From a virus, in the IMG/VR virus record IMGVR_UViG_3300021479_000013, positions 18,400-82,399 of that record: a stretch of 64,000 nucleotides of DNA, one strand, 5' to 3'. The number at the start of each line of letters is the position of its first letter. Position 1 is the stretch's first letter. Of the stretch, positions 42,699-52,256 are shown in pieces. Both the position numbers and the translations under genes were made by a program. The notes beneath the pieces were generated by a model that had not been told where the DNA came from, ran no database searches, and was given only the letters and a program-made list of their open reading frames with translations.

Positions 42699-43994
42699 AT
42701 GAGTCTTACTAAAGAACAAGTCCTTCTAATGGACTGGAAGTCCGTTCAGGTCGCAGTGAAAGACCCCGCAACCAAAGCAGAGATGCAGCATCTTCTCAGA
42801 GATCGTCAGGTAGTATCGTACGTCTCTAAACTGATGTTGGAAGCTCAAGAGCGAGAGGTCGCGGTCGACGCGCAGTTGAGCGTTACCGTTCCTCCATCTA
42901 CGGAGCAACTCGCAGCAGAAGCTACCGCGATGGCAGCAGAAGTGCCCGTGGTGCCAGACGTGGTTGTGGCCGAAGTTCCTGTCGTAACAGCACCAGTTAT
43001 CTCCCCCTTCGAAGCAGATGACGCGGCGTGGAAGGCAGCAGGCGTGACAGTTGTTCGCGATGCGAACGGCAAAGCAACACGCTACATCGAAGAGTATCAG
43101 GTCAGCAACGAAGACGGAACGACTATCGGTCGCCCGACTCACTTGGAAGCCAGCACGCTACAAGAACTCACCGCCAAGAAGCGGGAAGTTCACACCCAAG
43201 CAACCAGAGCATTTCACCGTTTGAAACAGCAGAAGCTGACGTTCAAAAACGAAAGAACAATCTTATCTCCAGAGGCAATCGCGGAAGCCGCGCGCCAGGC
43301 CCTGGAGTCTAAGGACTCAGCCAAGATCACGGACGTGATCGAAGAAGTTATCGAGTCCAAGTACCAGAAGCGCGAAAATGATTTGAAGCAGAAGGAAGCC
43401 TACGAAGCGGGCCGCTCGATCTCAAATGAGTTCATGCGCCGCCACCTCCACGACTACAACCCGTGCGAGGCCAACCAGAAAGCAATAGGCGAATACTTCT
43501 CGCAACACAAACTTGAATTTACCCTGGACAACCTCGAAGTCGCTTTTCAAGACCTCTTGGAACAGGGTGACAAAATTGCCAAGGTAGAAACCTCGGCAAC
43601 AAGACAAGCCGCTGTAGTCGCTAATCCGACGCCAGAGGCTACTGTGGTAACGCCCGCTCCCCCGGCAATCCCGGTCGCGGAAACGCCAGCCGCAGTAACC
43701 GTACCAGTAGCAGTAGCCCAACCCGTGTCTAGTCAGCCCGCGGTTGAAGCAACGGTAACGATGCCTGCCGCCGCACCCAATGTGCAACCAGCGGCCCGTC
43801 GTCCGGGAGTGAATGGAGGCTTGCCTCCGGGTTCGTTGAGCGCACAACGTCCTGGAACGCCAGACCCAGCACTCGCGAGGAAGGAATTCCTATTGACTGT
43901 GAAGAACATGAAGCCGGAAGTAATGAAGAACAAGTTGAAAACCGACCCTCAGTTCGTTAAGCAGCTTGAGTCTTACGGTATTCGCGTTCGATAA
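42699..43994 (+). CDS. Capsid scaffolding protein
   Basis: Helical, Pro/Ala-rich linker, directly upstream of the capsid gene. Confidence 0.7.
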   Translation: MSLTKEQVLLMDWKSVQVAVKDPATKAEMQHLLRDRQVVSYVSKLMLEAQEREVAVDAQLSVTVPPSTEQLAAEATAMAAEVPVVPDVVVAEVPVVTAPVISPFEADDAAWKAAGVTVVRDANGKATRYIEEYQVSNEDGTTIGRPTHLEASTLQELTAKKREVHTQATRAFHRLKQQKLTFKNERTILSPEAIAEAARQALESKDSAKITDVIEEVIESKYQKRENDLKQKEAYEAGRSISNEFMRRHLHDYNPCEANQKAIGEYFSQHKLEFTLDNLEVAFQDLLEQGDKIAKVETSATRQAAVVANPTPEATVVTPAPPAIPVAETPAAVTVPVAVAQPVSSQPAVEATVTMPAAAPNVQPAARRPGVNGGLPPGSLSAQRPGTPDPALARKEFLLTVKNMKPEVMKNKLKTDPQFVKQLESYGIRVR

Positions 43995-44034
43995 CGGTCA
44001 CCCCGTTTACGGGAGTCCAGACCAGAAGTGATAT

Positions 44035-45060
44035 ATGAGTGGACCAAACCCCTCAGCATCAAACGTAGCAAACGTCCTGACGGCACAAGCGATCATTTTC
44101 GATAAGGAACTGATTCCTAACCTCAAGGGCAACACCAATGCATTCGTCGGCGCAGCAGAACGGCGCGTGCAGGGTCTTCACATGGGCGTCAACCGTACGT
44201 TTTTCCAGTACAACACGCTCAGCGGCGACATCGTCCAAAATTCGGACGGCACCGTTGGAAACCCGGAAGTCATCAGCCAGTTGTCCTCACCCGCACAAAT
44301 CGGGGAATGGAACAACTACAGCAACTTCTCTTCGTTCGCCATCGCGGCAGCGATTGATGAGTTGGTTGGCAACTCCGCAGTCGAACTCGGCTATCAAGCC
44401 GGGCAGTCGATCAGCGAACTGTATTCCGCAGTGGCAGACAGCGCAAACGGCGTTGACTCTAACGTCAACCAGTCGGCGTTGCTTGCTTCGCCCTACACCC
44501 TCGACCTCGGCACAATCCGTGAACTGAAACAGCAGCTTGTTTCGAAGAACGTGTTGCCTTGCAAGCGCGGGATGTTCCTCGGCGCAATCAGCCCCAACGT
44601 GTTGGGCGACATCTACAACGCAACGACGGTCAACAACTCCATCGCTGACTTGTGGAAGTACGAGAACATGGACAAGTTCGACGCTATGGCAGGCTCCGAC
44701 CAGAACAAGGTCATCGTCCTCCCCGGCACGAACATTGGTTTCATGCAGACTCCGTTCGTCACCACCACCGCGAACTACAACGCATCCGGCAAAATCGGAT
44801 ACAGAACGTACGTGTTCGGTAACTACGCAATGATCGGCGTTTGGCTCCAAGTTCCTGGAGACACAGACCTCGACGACGGCGATTGGAAGACGATTGACTG
44901 CCGCGTTGTGACTGACGCCCCGGCATCGAGCTTCGATCCAGTTTCGACAATCGGTGGATGGTGCTCTTACAAATTCCACCAGACTGTGACCCTTCCGCCA
45001 GCCACGGGTTTGAATACCCAGCGTGTGCGGTTCATCGACAGCGTCCCGGCAATTCAGTAG
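44035..45060 (+). CDS. Major capsid protein (HK97 fold, N4-gp56-like)
   Basis: 341 aa; G....FFQY, DG..G, LGYQAG, ISP....DI, DP....G...YK motifs. Confidence 0.85.
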   Translation: MSGPNPSASNVANVLTAQAIIFDKELIPNLKGNTNAFVGAAERRVQGLHMGVNRTFFQYNTLSGDIVQNSDGTVGNPEVISQLSSPAQIGEWNNYSNFSSFAIAAAIDELVGNSAVELGYQAGQSISELYSAVADSANGVDSNVNQSALLASPYTLDLGTIRELKQQLVSKNVLPCKRGMFLGAISPNVLGDIYNATTVNNSIADLWKYENMDKFDAMAGSDQNKVIVLPGTNIGFMQTPFVTTTANYNASGKIGYRTYVFGNYAMIGVWLQVPGDTDLDDGDWKTIDCRVVTDAPASSFDPVSTIGGWCSYKFHQTVTLPPATGLNTQRVRFIDSVPAIQ

Positions 45061-45156
45061 AATTGTTAAACAATATTCCCACGGACTAATTACCTGTGGT
45101 ATACTAATCAGGGGAGTGCCAAGAACATTCCCCAGATTATCTTTCTTGGAGATTAC

Positions 45157-45552
45157 ATGACACAGGCAGAAAGCAACAAAAAGTACTACGATACCAACAG
45201 ATTGAAACTTCTAGAAGAGTTGAAAAAGAAAAGAGCAACCTTCAGCAAAAAGAAGTGGGCGCGCATAAAAGAATTGGGGCGCTTAGCAAATAGAAAAAGG
45301 CTCTATAATTTGAGTGAAGAGCAGTATCAAAAGAAGCTGTCTAATCAGGGAAACAAGTGTGCCATCTGCAGAATTAAGATGAGCAAACCAGGGGTTGACC
45401 ACAACCGAGCTTGTTGCAATAGGGAAGGAAGTTGTGGCAAATGTGTACGCGGCATTCTTTGCTCGAACTGCAATTCAATTCTAGGTTTTGCCAAAGACAG
45501 TATTAAAAATCTTCGTAATGCAATCGAATATCTCAAAGGATACAAACAATGA
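45157..45552 (+). CDS. Endonuclease VII family homing endonuclease
   Basis: YNLS...Y.....QGNKCAIC...VDHN.ACC....SCGKCVRGILCSNCN..LG..KD; AT-rich; own extended -10 (TGG-TATACT, about 45097-45105). Confidence 0.88.
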   Translation: MTQAESNKKYYDTNRLKLLEELKKKRATFSKKKWARIKELGRLANRKRLYNLSEEQYQKKLSNQGNKCAICRIKMSKPGVDHNRACCNREGSCGKCVRGILCSNCNSILGFAKDSIKNLRNAIEYLKGYKQ

Positions 45553-46223
45553 GCATCATCACACAGCCAGACCAGCCCTTCATCAAGGGGCCAGACGTTG
45601 AGAACCCTTTCAACGAGCACCACGACGTCAACGCCACGCACGAAGCCATCCAGACGATGCTCGCGGGCGGGACGCCGAATTGGGTAAAGTTCCCCAACGA
45701 CTATAAGCAGTACGCTAAGGAAGGCTACTTGGCCGAGAAAGAAATCTCGAATAAGATGGCGTCGGCTTACAAGTGGGACGACCAGGAAGACCTGACCAAC
45801 GAGCTGGCCCGCAAGGTCAACAAGATCACCACCCGCGAATTTATGAAGAAGTTGAGCGACAACGATATCAAGGCCGTCGTCATGGACAACGGCATGAAGG
45901 GCACGGTCGGGCTGTGGGCAACGCCTCCGAACCGCACCAACAAGCTTCGTTACGTCTGCTTCCTGCAGGTCCCAGCGATGTACGAGTGGAGCGTCCTCAG
46001 ACTAGACGACCACGGCATCCCGAGCGGCGAGTCCTTCAGAGGATGGCGCACGGTAGCAATCCAGCTGGTAGAGAAAGAGATTATCACAGAAGCGCAGTGC
46101 CACAAAATTTTCGGGGTACCGTCCCCGAACGCGATCTCCGCAAGATACTTCCGCAGTCTTTGGGAAAAGCGTAACGGCAAACGTTACAGCGATATCGAAG
46201 ACCAGGAAGCACTCGGACAGTAG
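45549..46223 (+). CDS. Conserved hypothetical protein
   Basis: PEWS-like motif and RGWRTV..QL....IIT......FG. Confidence 0.75.
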   Translation: MSIITQPDQPFIKGPDVENPFNEHHDVNATHEAIQTMLAGGTPNWVKFPNDYKQYAKEGYLAEKEISNKMASAYKWDDQEDLTNELARKVNKITTREFMKKLSDNDIKAVVMDNGMKGTVGLWATPPNRTNKLRYVCFLQVPAMYEWSVLRLDDHGIPSGESFRGWRTVAIQLVEKEIITEAQCHKIFGVPSPNAISARYFRSLWEKRNGKRYSDIEDQEALGQ

Positions 46224-46305
46224 TTAGTAACAAACGCAGTTCAATCAGGCCTGACCCTTAGCCAATAAGGGCGGTTGAAGATTTTTAGCCAACCTCAAGG
46301 AAGTT

Positions 46306-46863
46306 ATGACGAAACCAACAGAAGTTGACGTTAAGGCAGTCCTCGACGAGGCCCAGAAGACGGGGAACTTGTCGGAAGCAAAGTTCATGGCGCTACTCAG
46401 CATCATGATGGCGAAAGAAGCCAGAATCGCAGAGAAGGAAGCCGCCTTAGAAGTGGCGCTCCAGGCTCGTGATTTACAGCGCAGGAAAGAGTCAGAGAAC
46501 TACACAGTCGCAAAGATCGAGAGCCAAAAGAATTGCAAGCATCTGAAGGGCGGCAAGGGACGCACCCGTGGTCAGCAGCGCGACCCGTCGGTTTTCCCCC
46601 ACACCTTTACGGACGGCGCGATAGTCATCAAGTGCCAACTGTGCTCAGCACGCTGGCTTCCAGGCGACACAGACGAGTACCTCACCCGCAACGGCTCCAA
46701 GATTCCGAACTGGACAGGCATCGGCTGGCGACGGGCGCAAGAGATGGCAGAAGACTCCTCCAACAAGGCGTCATCTTCCGAGCGCTTCGGCGGTCAACAG
46801 ATTTCGTCCTCCAGCACAGCAGCTGGCAAGGCCCTGACGTTAACACCTAACCTTCAACTGTAA
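46306..46863 (+). CDS. Coiled-coil plus zinc-finger protein
   Basis: CKHLKGG...HTF..G...IKCQLC...W. Confidence 0.7.
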   Translation: MTKPTEVDVKAVLDEAQKTGNLSEAKFMALLSIMMAKEARIAEKEAALEVALQARDLQRRKESENYTVAKIESQKNCKHLKGGKGRTRGQQRDPSVFPHTFTDGAIVIKCQLCSARWLPGDTDEYLTRNGSKIPNWTGIGWRRAQEMAEDSSNKASSSERFGGQQISSSSTAAGKALTLTPNLQL

Positions 46864-47003
46864 TCGATACACAGTCACCGGCATTACAACCCGAGGGGCG
46901 GCGGACCCGCCCCGATTTCTCCAAGGAAAAATGACACTCACCTCGATTCAATCCCCGACAAACTCCCTCCGTACAGCGCAACCACTTGCGCGAGGACTAT
47001 AAT

Positions 47004-47225
47004 ATGGCACTACCTTACAGCGTTCCCGACGACCGCGTATCGCCCGAGATTCCTAACACCTCTCGCACAGTCCAAGGCACACAAATTTTTGACGTTGAAA
47101 CCAGCAGCAACGCGGCCGTCCCAGCGGTAGACTCGCGCGCAACAGGCGCACCCGTCGACAGCCGAGTTGCGGCGATCATCCCGCAAAATTCTCGGACCCC
47201 TGGAACATTTGGACCGGGCGAGTAA
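47004..47225 (+). CDS. Small protein with repeated D/N-S-R motifs
   Basis: GAGG RBS; PVDSR, AVDSR, PQNSR. Confidence 0.65.
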   Translation: MALPYSVPDDRVSPEIPNTSRTVQGTQIFDVETSSNAAVPAVDSRATGAPVDSRVAAIIPQNSRTPGTFGPGE

Positions 47226-47228
47226 ACT

Positions 47229-48116
47229 ATGACGCCTCCCAAGAGCGGTCCCAACAGCGCAGCGCCGACGACAGCAGAGGTCGTAGGCGGCGTATACAAC
47301 GCTGCGGGAGAAACGCTCGTAGACGGACAGGCTACCCCCCTTCAAACAGATATCCACGGAAATCTTCTCGTCAGCGTCTCTAGCGGCGGCGGTGGATTAA
47401 CCAACGTAAACATCGCGGACGTAAACGGCAATCCACCGGCACTGGCCAACCCGCTCCCGGTTGAGCTATCAGACGGCACGAACGCGGTCGGCACGGCAGG
47501 CAATCCTTTATCGGTTAACGTAATCTCAGGCGGCGGTTCGAACGCGTCGGTCGGGCTCACGGGCACGACAGCGCCGACGTCAGCCACCGAAATTGGTATC
47601 ATCGTCTCGGGTAATCTTCAAGGCGTATCGGCGGCAAACCCGCTACCGGTTAGCGGAACGGTCACTTCGGATATCGTAGGACACGCGGGCGCGATCTTAG
47701 ACGGCACCGCAGGCGTTCCCTCCGTCGGAGTCGTAACGGTTCAAGGCGTCAGTGGCGGCACCGCTATACCTGTTTCAGGAACGGTCACGGTTATAGACCC
47801 AGCTGTCGGACTGAATAATACGACGGCCCCAACATCTTCCATAGAGATTGGCAGCATAGACGTCACAGGGAAGCTACAGGGCGCGTCGTCATCCAATCCT
47901 ATCCCTGTTACAATCGCGGGCGCATCTGGCTCTGGCGGAAATGTCCTCACGCAGGACAACACGCCGGGAACGATGTTCGTTTTTCAAGAAATTTTGATGG
48001 AACTTAGGGCTATCAGAAAGACATTAATGGCTGTTTACGAGGAATCGGGGCAAGGGAATTTGGCTCCGGACCTAGTAGATGACGTGAATAGACCTTCTTC
48101 GGTGGACTACAATTAA
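47229..48116 (+). CDS. Putative head fibre or spike protein
   Basis: Repeated NPLPV and TAPTS.EIG units; Gly/Thr/Ser-rich. Confidence 0.65.
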   Translation: MTPPKSGPNSAAPTTAEVVGGVYNAAGETLVDGQATPLQTDIHGNLLVSVSSGGGGLTNVNIADVNGNPPALANPLPVELSDGTNAVGTAGNPLSVNVISGGGSNASVGLTGTTAPTSATEIGIIVSGNLQGVSAANPLPVSGTVTSDIVGHAGAILDGTAGVPSVGVVTVQGVSGGTAIPVSGTVTVIDPAVGLNNTTAPTSSIEIGSIDVTGKLQGASSSNPIPVTIAGASGSGGNVLTQDNTPGTMFVFQEILMELRAIRKTLMAVYEESGQGNLAPDLVDDVNRPSSVDYN

Positions 48117-48128
48117 GGAGATTTAAAT

Positions 48129-48803
48129 ATGTTGTTTCAAACTTTAACGGGTCCGTCGAAGAACTCGAACGGCACCTTGGCAGGAAGTCGCGGTGGGAAC
48201 TCGGGCGACGTAGTGGTCTCGGAACTGCACGGTCGCTTTTACGAGCAGAACTTCCAAGGCAACGTGTATTCGAACGGCAGCACGGTCACGGCTCTAACGG
48301 CCAACACCATCTCGCTGACTGCGACCACCACGCCGATTCTAGGAATTTGGAATCCTGCAACATCCACTGTGAACGCGGTTATTTCTCAAGCAGCTCTCAC
48401 CGTGGTCGCGAACAACCTGACGTCAGGCGCGGGACCGGGTGTATTCGTCTGGGCCGTATCCATCGGCAACGCAGCTATTTCGACAGGCAGCGCACCGTGG
48501 AACAGAAAGTCCTTGGCGCAAAACGGCTCTCAGGTTAAGGGCATGTCTTTCGTCGCCCTCACCGGCTTGACAAACAACCTCGTGATTATGGAAGGCTCCG
48601 AATTTGCAACGCCTGCCGGACTCACCTACACGACTCTCGCCAGCACTCAGCTGATGCCAGAATTTTCTAACACACAGAACTTCGACGGCAGCTTGATCGT
48701 TCCCCCGGGCGGCGTCCTAGCGCTCCTGAACACCACCTCCTCGACCACGTTCTCTGTTTCCGGTCGTCTGTTGTGGGAAGAAGTCGGCGTAGCTGGATTC
48801 TAA
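48129..48803 (+). CDS. Putative virion structural protein
   Basis: HGRFYEQ, DGSLIVPPGG, WEE motifs. Confidence 0.7.
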   Translation: MLFQTLTGPSKNSNGTLAGSRGGNSGDVVVSELHGRFYEQNFQGNVYSNGSTVTALTANTISLTATTTPILGIWNPATSTVNAVISQAALTVVANNLTSGAGPGVFVWAVSIGNAAISTGSAPWNRKSLAQNGSQVKGMSFVALTGLTNNLVIMEGSEFATPAGLTYTTLASTQLMPEFSNTQNFDGSLIVPPGGVLALLNTTSSTTFSVSGRLLWEEVGVAGF

Positions 48804-48841
48804 GCTATACGCTATTTGTAGTGATAGTTCTGGAGCTTTGA

Positions 48842-50638
48842 ATGCCGTTTTCAATGGTTGACAATATCATGCAGTGGGCGGGGTCCCTTTTAAGCCCCGC
48901 CTCCTCCTCTGCGGGTGACGGCACACAGGTTGGGCCTACAGTTAGACCGATTCAAAGAAAGTACGCGTCTGTTTTTACGAACACGCCCTTGCTAGCTAAC
49001 GTCACGTATCTCTCTTCTTGGATAGACACGCAAGGTACGGGTGGCGTTTTTCTTTTTGGTCAAGTTCTGTCCAACCAAGCCAGCGCTGCGATAGGATTTA
49101 TTATACAAGGCTCCAATGATATATCAAATCCAGGACTTACAGCGCAAATCGGAACTACTGCAGCAGGGCTATTTGTGTCGGCTAACGTTATTGGAAACGT
49201 CGTAGCTTTCTGTCCCTACAGATATTGGCGCGTGCAATATACTAATGGGGCATCCACGCAGGGAACCTTTGAGATAGTCGTAACTGAGAGCAACATACCC
49301 CCTGGAATAACAATGGGAGGTACCAATTTCGTTAACGGCTGGCCCACAGCTTGGAACATTCCGTACGTAGGTGGAACAGGCGGCACTTCCCCTAATAACG
49401 TCAGCATCGGCCCGATAGCAACTCTGTCTACGAACGGTACCGGAGGTTCTACATTTGACAACGGAACCACGTTTGAGGCACTAACAAGTCAACAAGGTGC
49501 TAACATATCAATCGGCGTTACCCCCCTTCTTCAGACAAGCGCCCTGGTTACCAACGGCGCTGTAGCCCAACGCACCCCGAACGTGTTTCGTGGTTCTCAG
49601 TTCAGCGGCACAGGCGCGAACAATATTTGGATGCCCCCCAGCACCAAGAAAGCCCGCCTGATGAAGTACAAGATTGAAGTTTCTGCGGACGCTACTATTG
49701 CTGGCGGCGCGGCTCCGATCAATTTGCAATTTGCCCAACAGGTAGCTACCGTATTTAGCGGAGACCCACTTCCTCTTGGCACCTTGATACCATACACTCA
49801 TCGTTTAGTTATACCTGGCTCAACGGCGAGTTCTTTCCTTGGTTACGACTCAGGCTGGATTGACTTAGGCAACGGAGTTCTCGGACCTACCGCAGGAAAA
49901 GCACTTCAGATGGGAATACAGGTCCCTCAGACGACCGCTGCGATCAGCAGCCCGACGTGGACCATAGCTTCAAACCAGTGGGAAGCAGCGACGGTAGGCT
50001 TCAAAACCAACAGCAACACCGGAGCCTTTAAGTTGGTTCAGCAGGCGTCTGGGACAGGATTAGCAGCATCTTCCATAACGGTGTCCTTGACTACTTTAAC
50101 CGGAAACTCTTACTTTATATTTTTTAGAACGACAAATCCAGCAGGAGGAGCGCCCACAGTTGTGGTTACAGATACTGCGCTCAACGCTTATACCACAGGA
50201 ACTTTGGTAACGAATGCGTCAGATGGAACGAATGGCAGTTCTATGGGCGTGGCCTATATTATAAATGCCGTAGGTCTTGCGGCTAACGTCATAACTCTAA
50301 CAACCTCCGTAAATCTAGCAGCTGCAATCGAGGTAGTTGTTATGGAGTATGCAGGAATAAACTCAGGCGGCGGCATTGACGCAACCCAAGTAAGTGCAAC
50401 TGGCAATAGCGCGTCACCCGCTTCTGGTGCTTATACCCCGTCCACAGTCGGTGACTTGGTTTTCACTTTCATGGCAACTGCAGCTGTTCTGGCAGCCGTG
50501 CCAACCACCCCGGCAGCTTTTGTACTCAAGGGAATATCTGGGTCCGCAAACGGGACATTAGCCGTAGCAGACAATTTCGGCAACGGCACTCTAGCCACAG
50601 GCCAGATCAACGTCATAGCGATTGGCACGGAAGAGTGA
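48842..50638 (+). CDS. Putative virion structural or fibre protein
   Basis: Beta-rich; contains a split copy of the 50673 domain; ends IGTEE. Confidence 0.7.
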   Translation: MPFSMVDNIMQWAGSLLSPASSSAGDGTQVGPTVRPIQRKYASVFTNTPLLANVTYLSSWIDTQGTGGVFLFGQVLSNQASAAIGFIIQGSNDISNPGLTAQIGTTAAGLFVSANVIGNVVAFCPYRYWRVQYTNGASTQGTFEIVVTESNIPPGITMGGTNFVNGWPTAWNIPYVGGTGGTSPNNVSIGPIATLSTNGTGGSTFDNGTTFEALTSQQGANISIGVTPLLQTSALVTNGAVAQRTPNVFRGSQFSGTGANNIWMPPSTKKARLMKYKIEVSADATIAGGAAPINLQFAQQVATVFSGDPLPLGTLIPYTHRLVIPGSTASSFLGYDSGWIDLGNGVLGPTAGKALQMGIQVPQTTAAISSPTWTIASNQWEAATVGFKTNSNTGAFKLVQQASGTGLAASSITVSLTTLTGNSYFIFFRTTNPAGGAPTVVVTDTALNAYTTGTLVTNASDGTNGSSMGVAYIINAVGLAANVITLTTSVNLAAAIEVVVMEYAGINSGGGIDATQVSATGNSASPASGAYTPSTVGDLVFTFMATAAVLAAVPTTPAAFVLKGISGSANGTLAVADNFGNGTLATGQINVIAIGTEE

Positions 50639-50672
50639 TGAGAGATAGATATCTTCAAGGGACGAAATAACA

Positions 50673-51062
50673 ATGTACATTATATCGCCGGACACATTCA
50701 AAACGGTTCAAGTTACTGCGACAGGCAACACCGCTCTCTGGACCCCGACATCGGGTAAGAAATTCCGCCTGATGAGATACAACATCCAGCTGACAGCTAA
50801 CGCCACCTTGGCGGCAGCGGGCACTTTAACGGTAACGTTCCAAGACGCGGCGGTAGGCATCCCGGTCTCACAAGACTTCTTCATAGGACAGGTAGCCTTG
50901 ACGGCAGCGACAGCGCTCTTCACGGCGGGCGAAGAGACGGGCTGGATCGACTTAGGCAACGGAATTCTTTCGTCCACAGTCAACAACGTTTTAAACGTAA
51001 ACCTTTCGGCAACACTGGCTTCAGGAAACATCCGTTGCACAGCAATAGGCACAGAAGAATAG
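50673..51062 (+). CDS. Putative virion structural protein, paralogue of a domain in the preceding gene
   Basis: W.P..KK.RLM.Y.I, GWIDLGNG.L, IGTEE. Confidence 0.7.
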   Translation: MYIISPDTFKTVQVTATGNTALWTPTSGKKFRLMRYNIQLTANATLAAAGTLTVTFQDAAVGIPVSQDFFIGQVALTAATALFTAGEETGWIDLGNGILSSTVNNVLNVNLSATLASGNIRCTAIGTEE

Positions 51063-51171
51063 AATCGGAACGGGAGAGTAAAATCTCCGGGTACCAACGC
51101 TAATGGGGCACCAGCGAATCCTCGACCCTCTGGCCAGTCAAGGCTGGCCAGTACTCTGCAAGGAAAATTAA

Positions 51172-51972
51172 ATGGCTAATACAATTGTCAGCGCACTCCC
51201 TTACCTAATTCAAGGTGATGGCGTATCAACGACGGTAGCGATTCAGCTGGGATACACGCCGACCTCCGTAAGCTTCGTGAACGCGTTCAACAACAATACC
51301 GGAGCAAACGTGTCGTCAAACGTCGCATCTGTTACCGCGAGCGCTTCGATAATGACGATAAATTTCAACGCCGCATTCTCTTACTTGGTGTCGGTTTTCG
51401 TGAACGTGCTGCCTGCTCTTCCCGTTCTTACCGCAGGCACCACTTCAGTCGTGGACGGCATCAAGTTCACGTATCGTACCGCGTCCGGAACTGTTGCCTC
51501 GAACATCGTCACCCCAGCGTTCACGCCGTTCGTAGGGCAGATTTTTCAATTGAAGGGAAGCGCGTCCAAGGTAGTCAGGGTCATAAATTTCGAAATAGCA
51601 GGACGGTGCACTACGGCGGGGCAGGTGGATTTTACCGTCGCCCGTCGCTCAACAGCCGCAACAGGCGGAACAGCTGTTACGCCTAATATAGATTCAGCCG
51701 ACCCGGTTGACCCGGCAGCAACGAGTGTCGCGACCTACTGGACAGCCGCACCGACCGTGGGCACGATTATCGGAGGCCCGTTTCAGTCCGTGACGATCAG
51801 CTTACCGGACGGCAAGACAGCAGTGCCGCCGTACATACTTGACTTCGGAGACGAGCCGGGTTCTAAGGCGTTCGTACTTCGAGGCGTGAACGATTACTTT
51901 ACGGTGAGCATCGCGACGATCACGGCAGCCGCGCCCCTTATCAGCTTTTGGTGCGAGTTCACCGAAGAATAG
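51172..51972 (+). CDS. Putative virion structural protein
   Basis: GSASKVVRV, RRSTA.TGGT; ends EFTEE. Confidence 0.7.
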   Translation: MANTIVSALPYLIQGDGVSTTVAIQLGYTPTSVSFVNAFNNNTGANVSSNVASVTASASIMTINFNAAFSYLVSVFVNVLPALPVLTAGTTSVVDGIKFTYRTASGTVASNIVTPAFTPFVGQIFQLKGSASKVVRVINFEIAGRCTTAGQVDFTVARRSTAATGGTAVTPNIDSADPVDPAATSVATYWTAAPTVGTIIGGPFQSVTISLPDGKTAVPPYILDFGDEPGSKAFVLRGVNDYFTVSIATITAAAPLISFWCEFTEE

Positions 51973-51985
51973 GAAGGATAAAATC

Positions 51986-52243
51986 TTGGCACACACTTAC
52001 GTCGTAACATCCAACAGCTTTGTTCCCGGACCAGCTGACCCCCAAGTTACAATCGTGGGCACCGTGGACGGAATTGCTGTCACAATCACCATGTGGAAGA
52101 GCGCATACGACCAGCACAGGGCTATCAGCTTGGCCTCTCTGGAAGCGGTCGTGGCTCAGCTGATGCTAACCGCAGCTAACGCGGTCGCACCCCCGGCAGC
52201 CGTAGCTCCCGTGAACCAGATAACAGGAACGTTCAGCCTTTAA
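51986..52243 (+). CDS. Hypothetical protein
   Basis: TTG start with AAGGA RBS. Confidence 0.6.
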   Translation: MAHTYVVTSNSFVPGPADPQVTIVGTVDGIAVTITMWKSAYDQHRAISLASLEAVVAQLMLTAANAVAPPAAVAPVNQITGTFSL

Positions 52244-52256
52244 TTTAAGGAATAAT

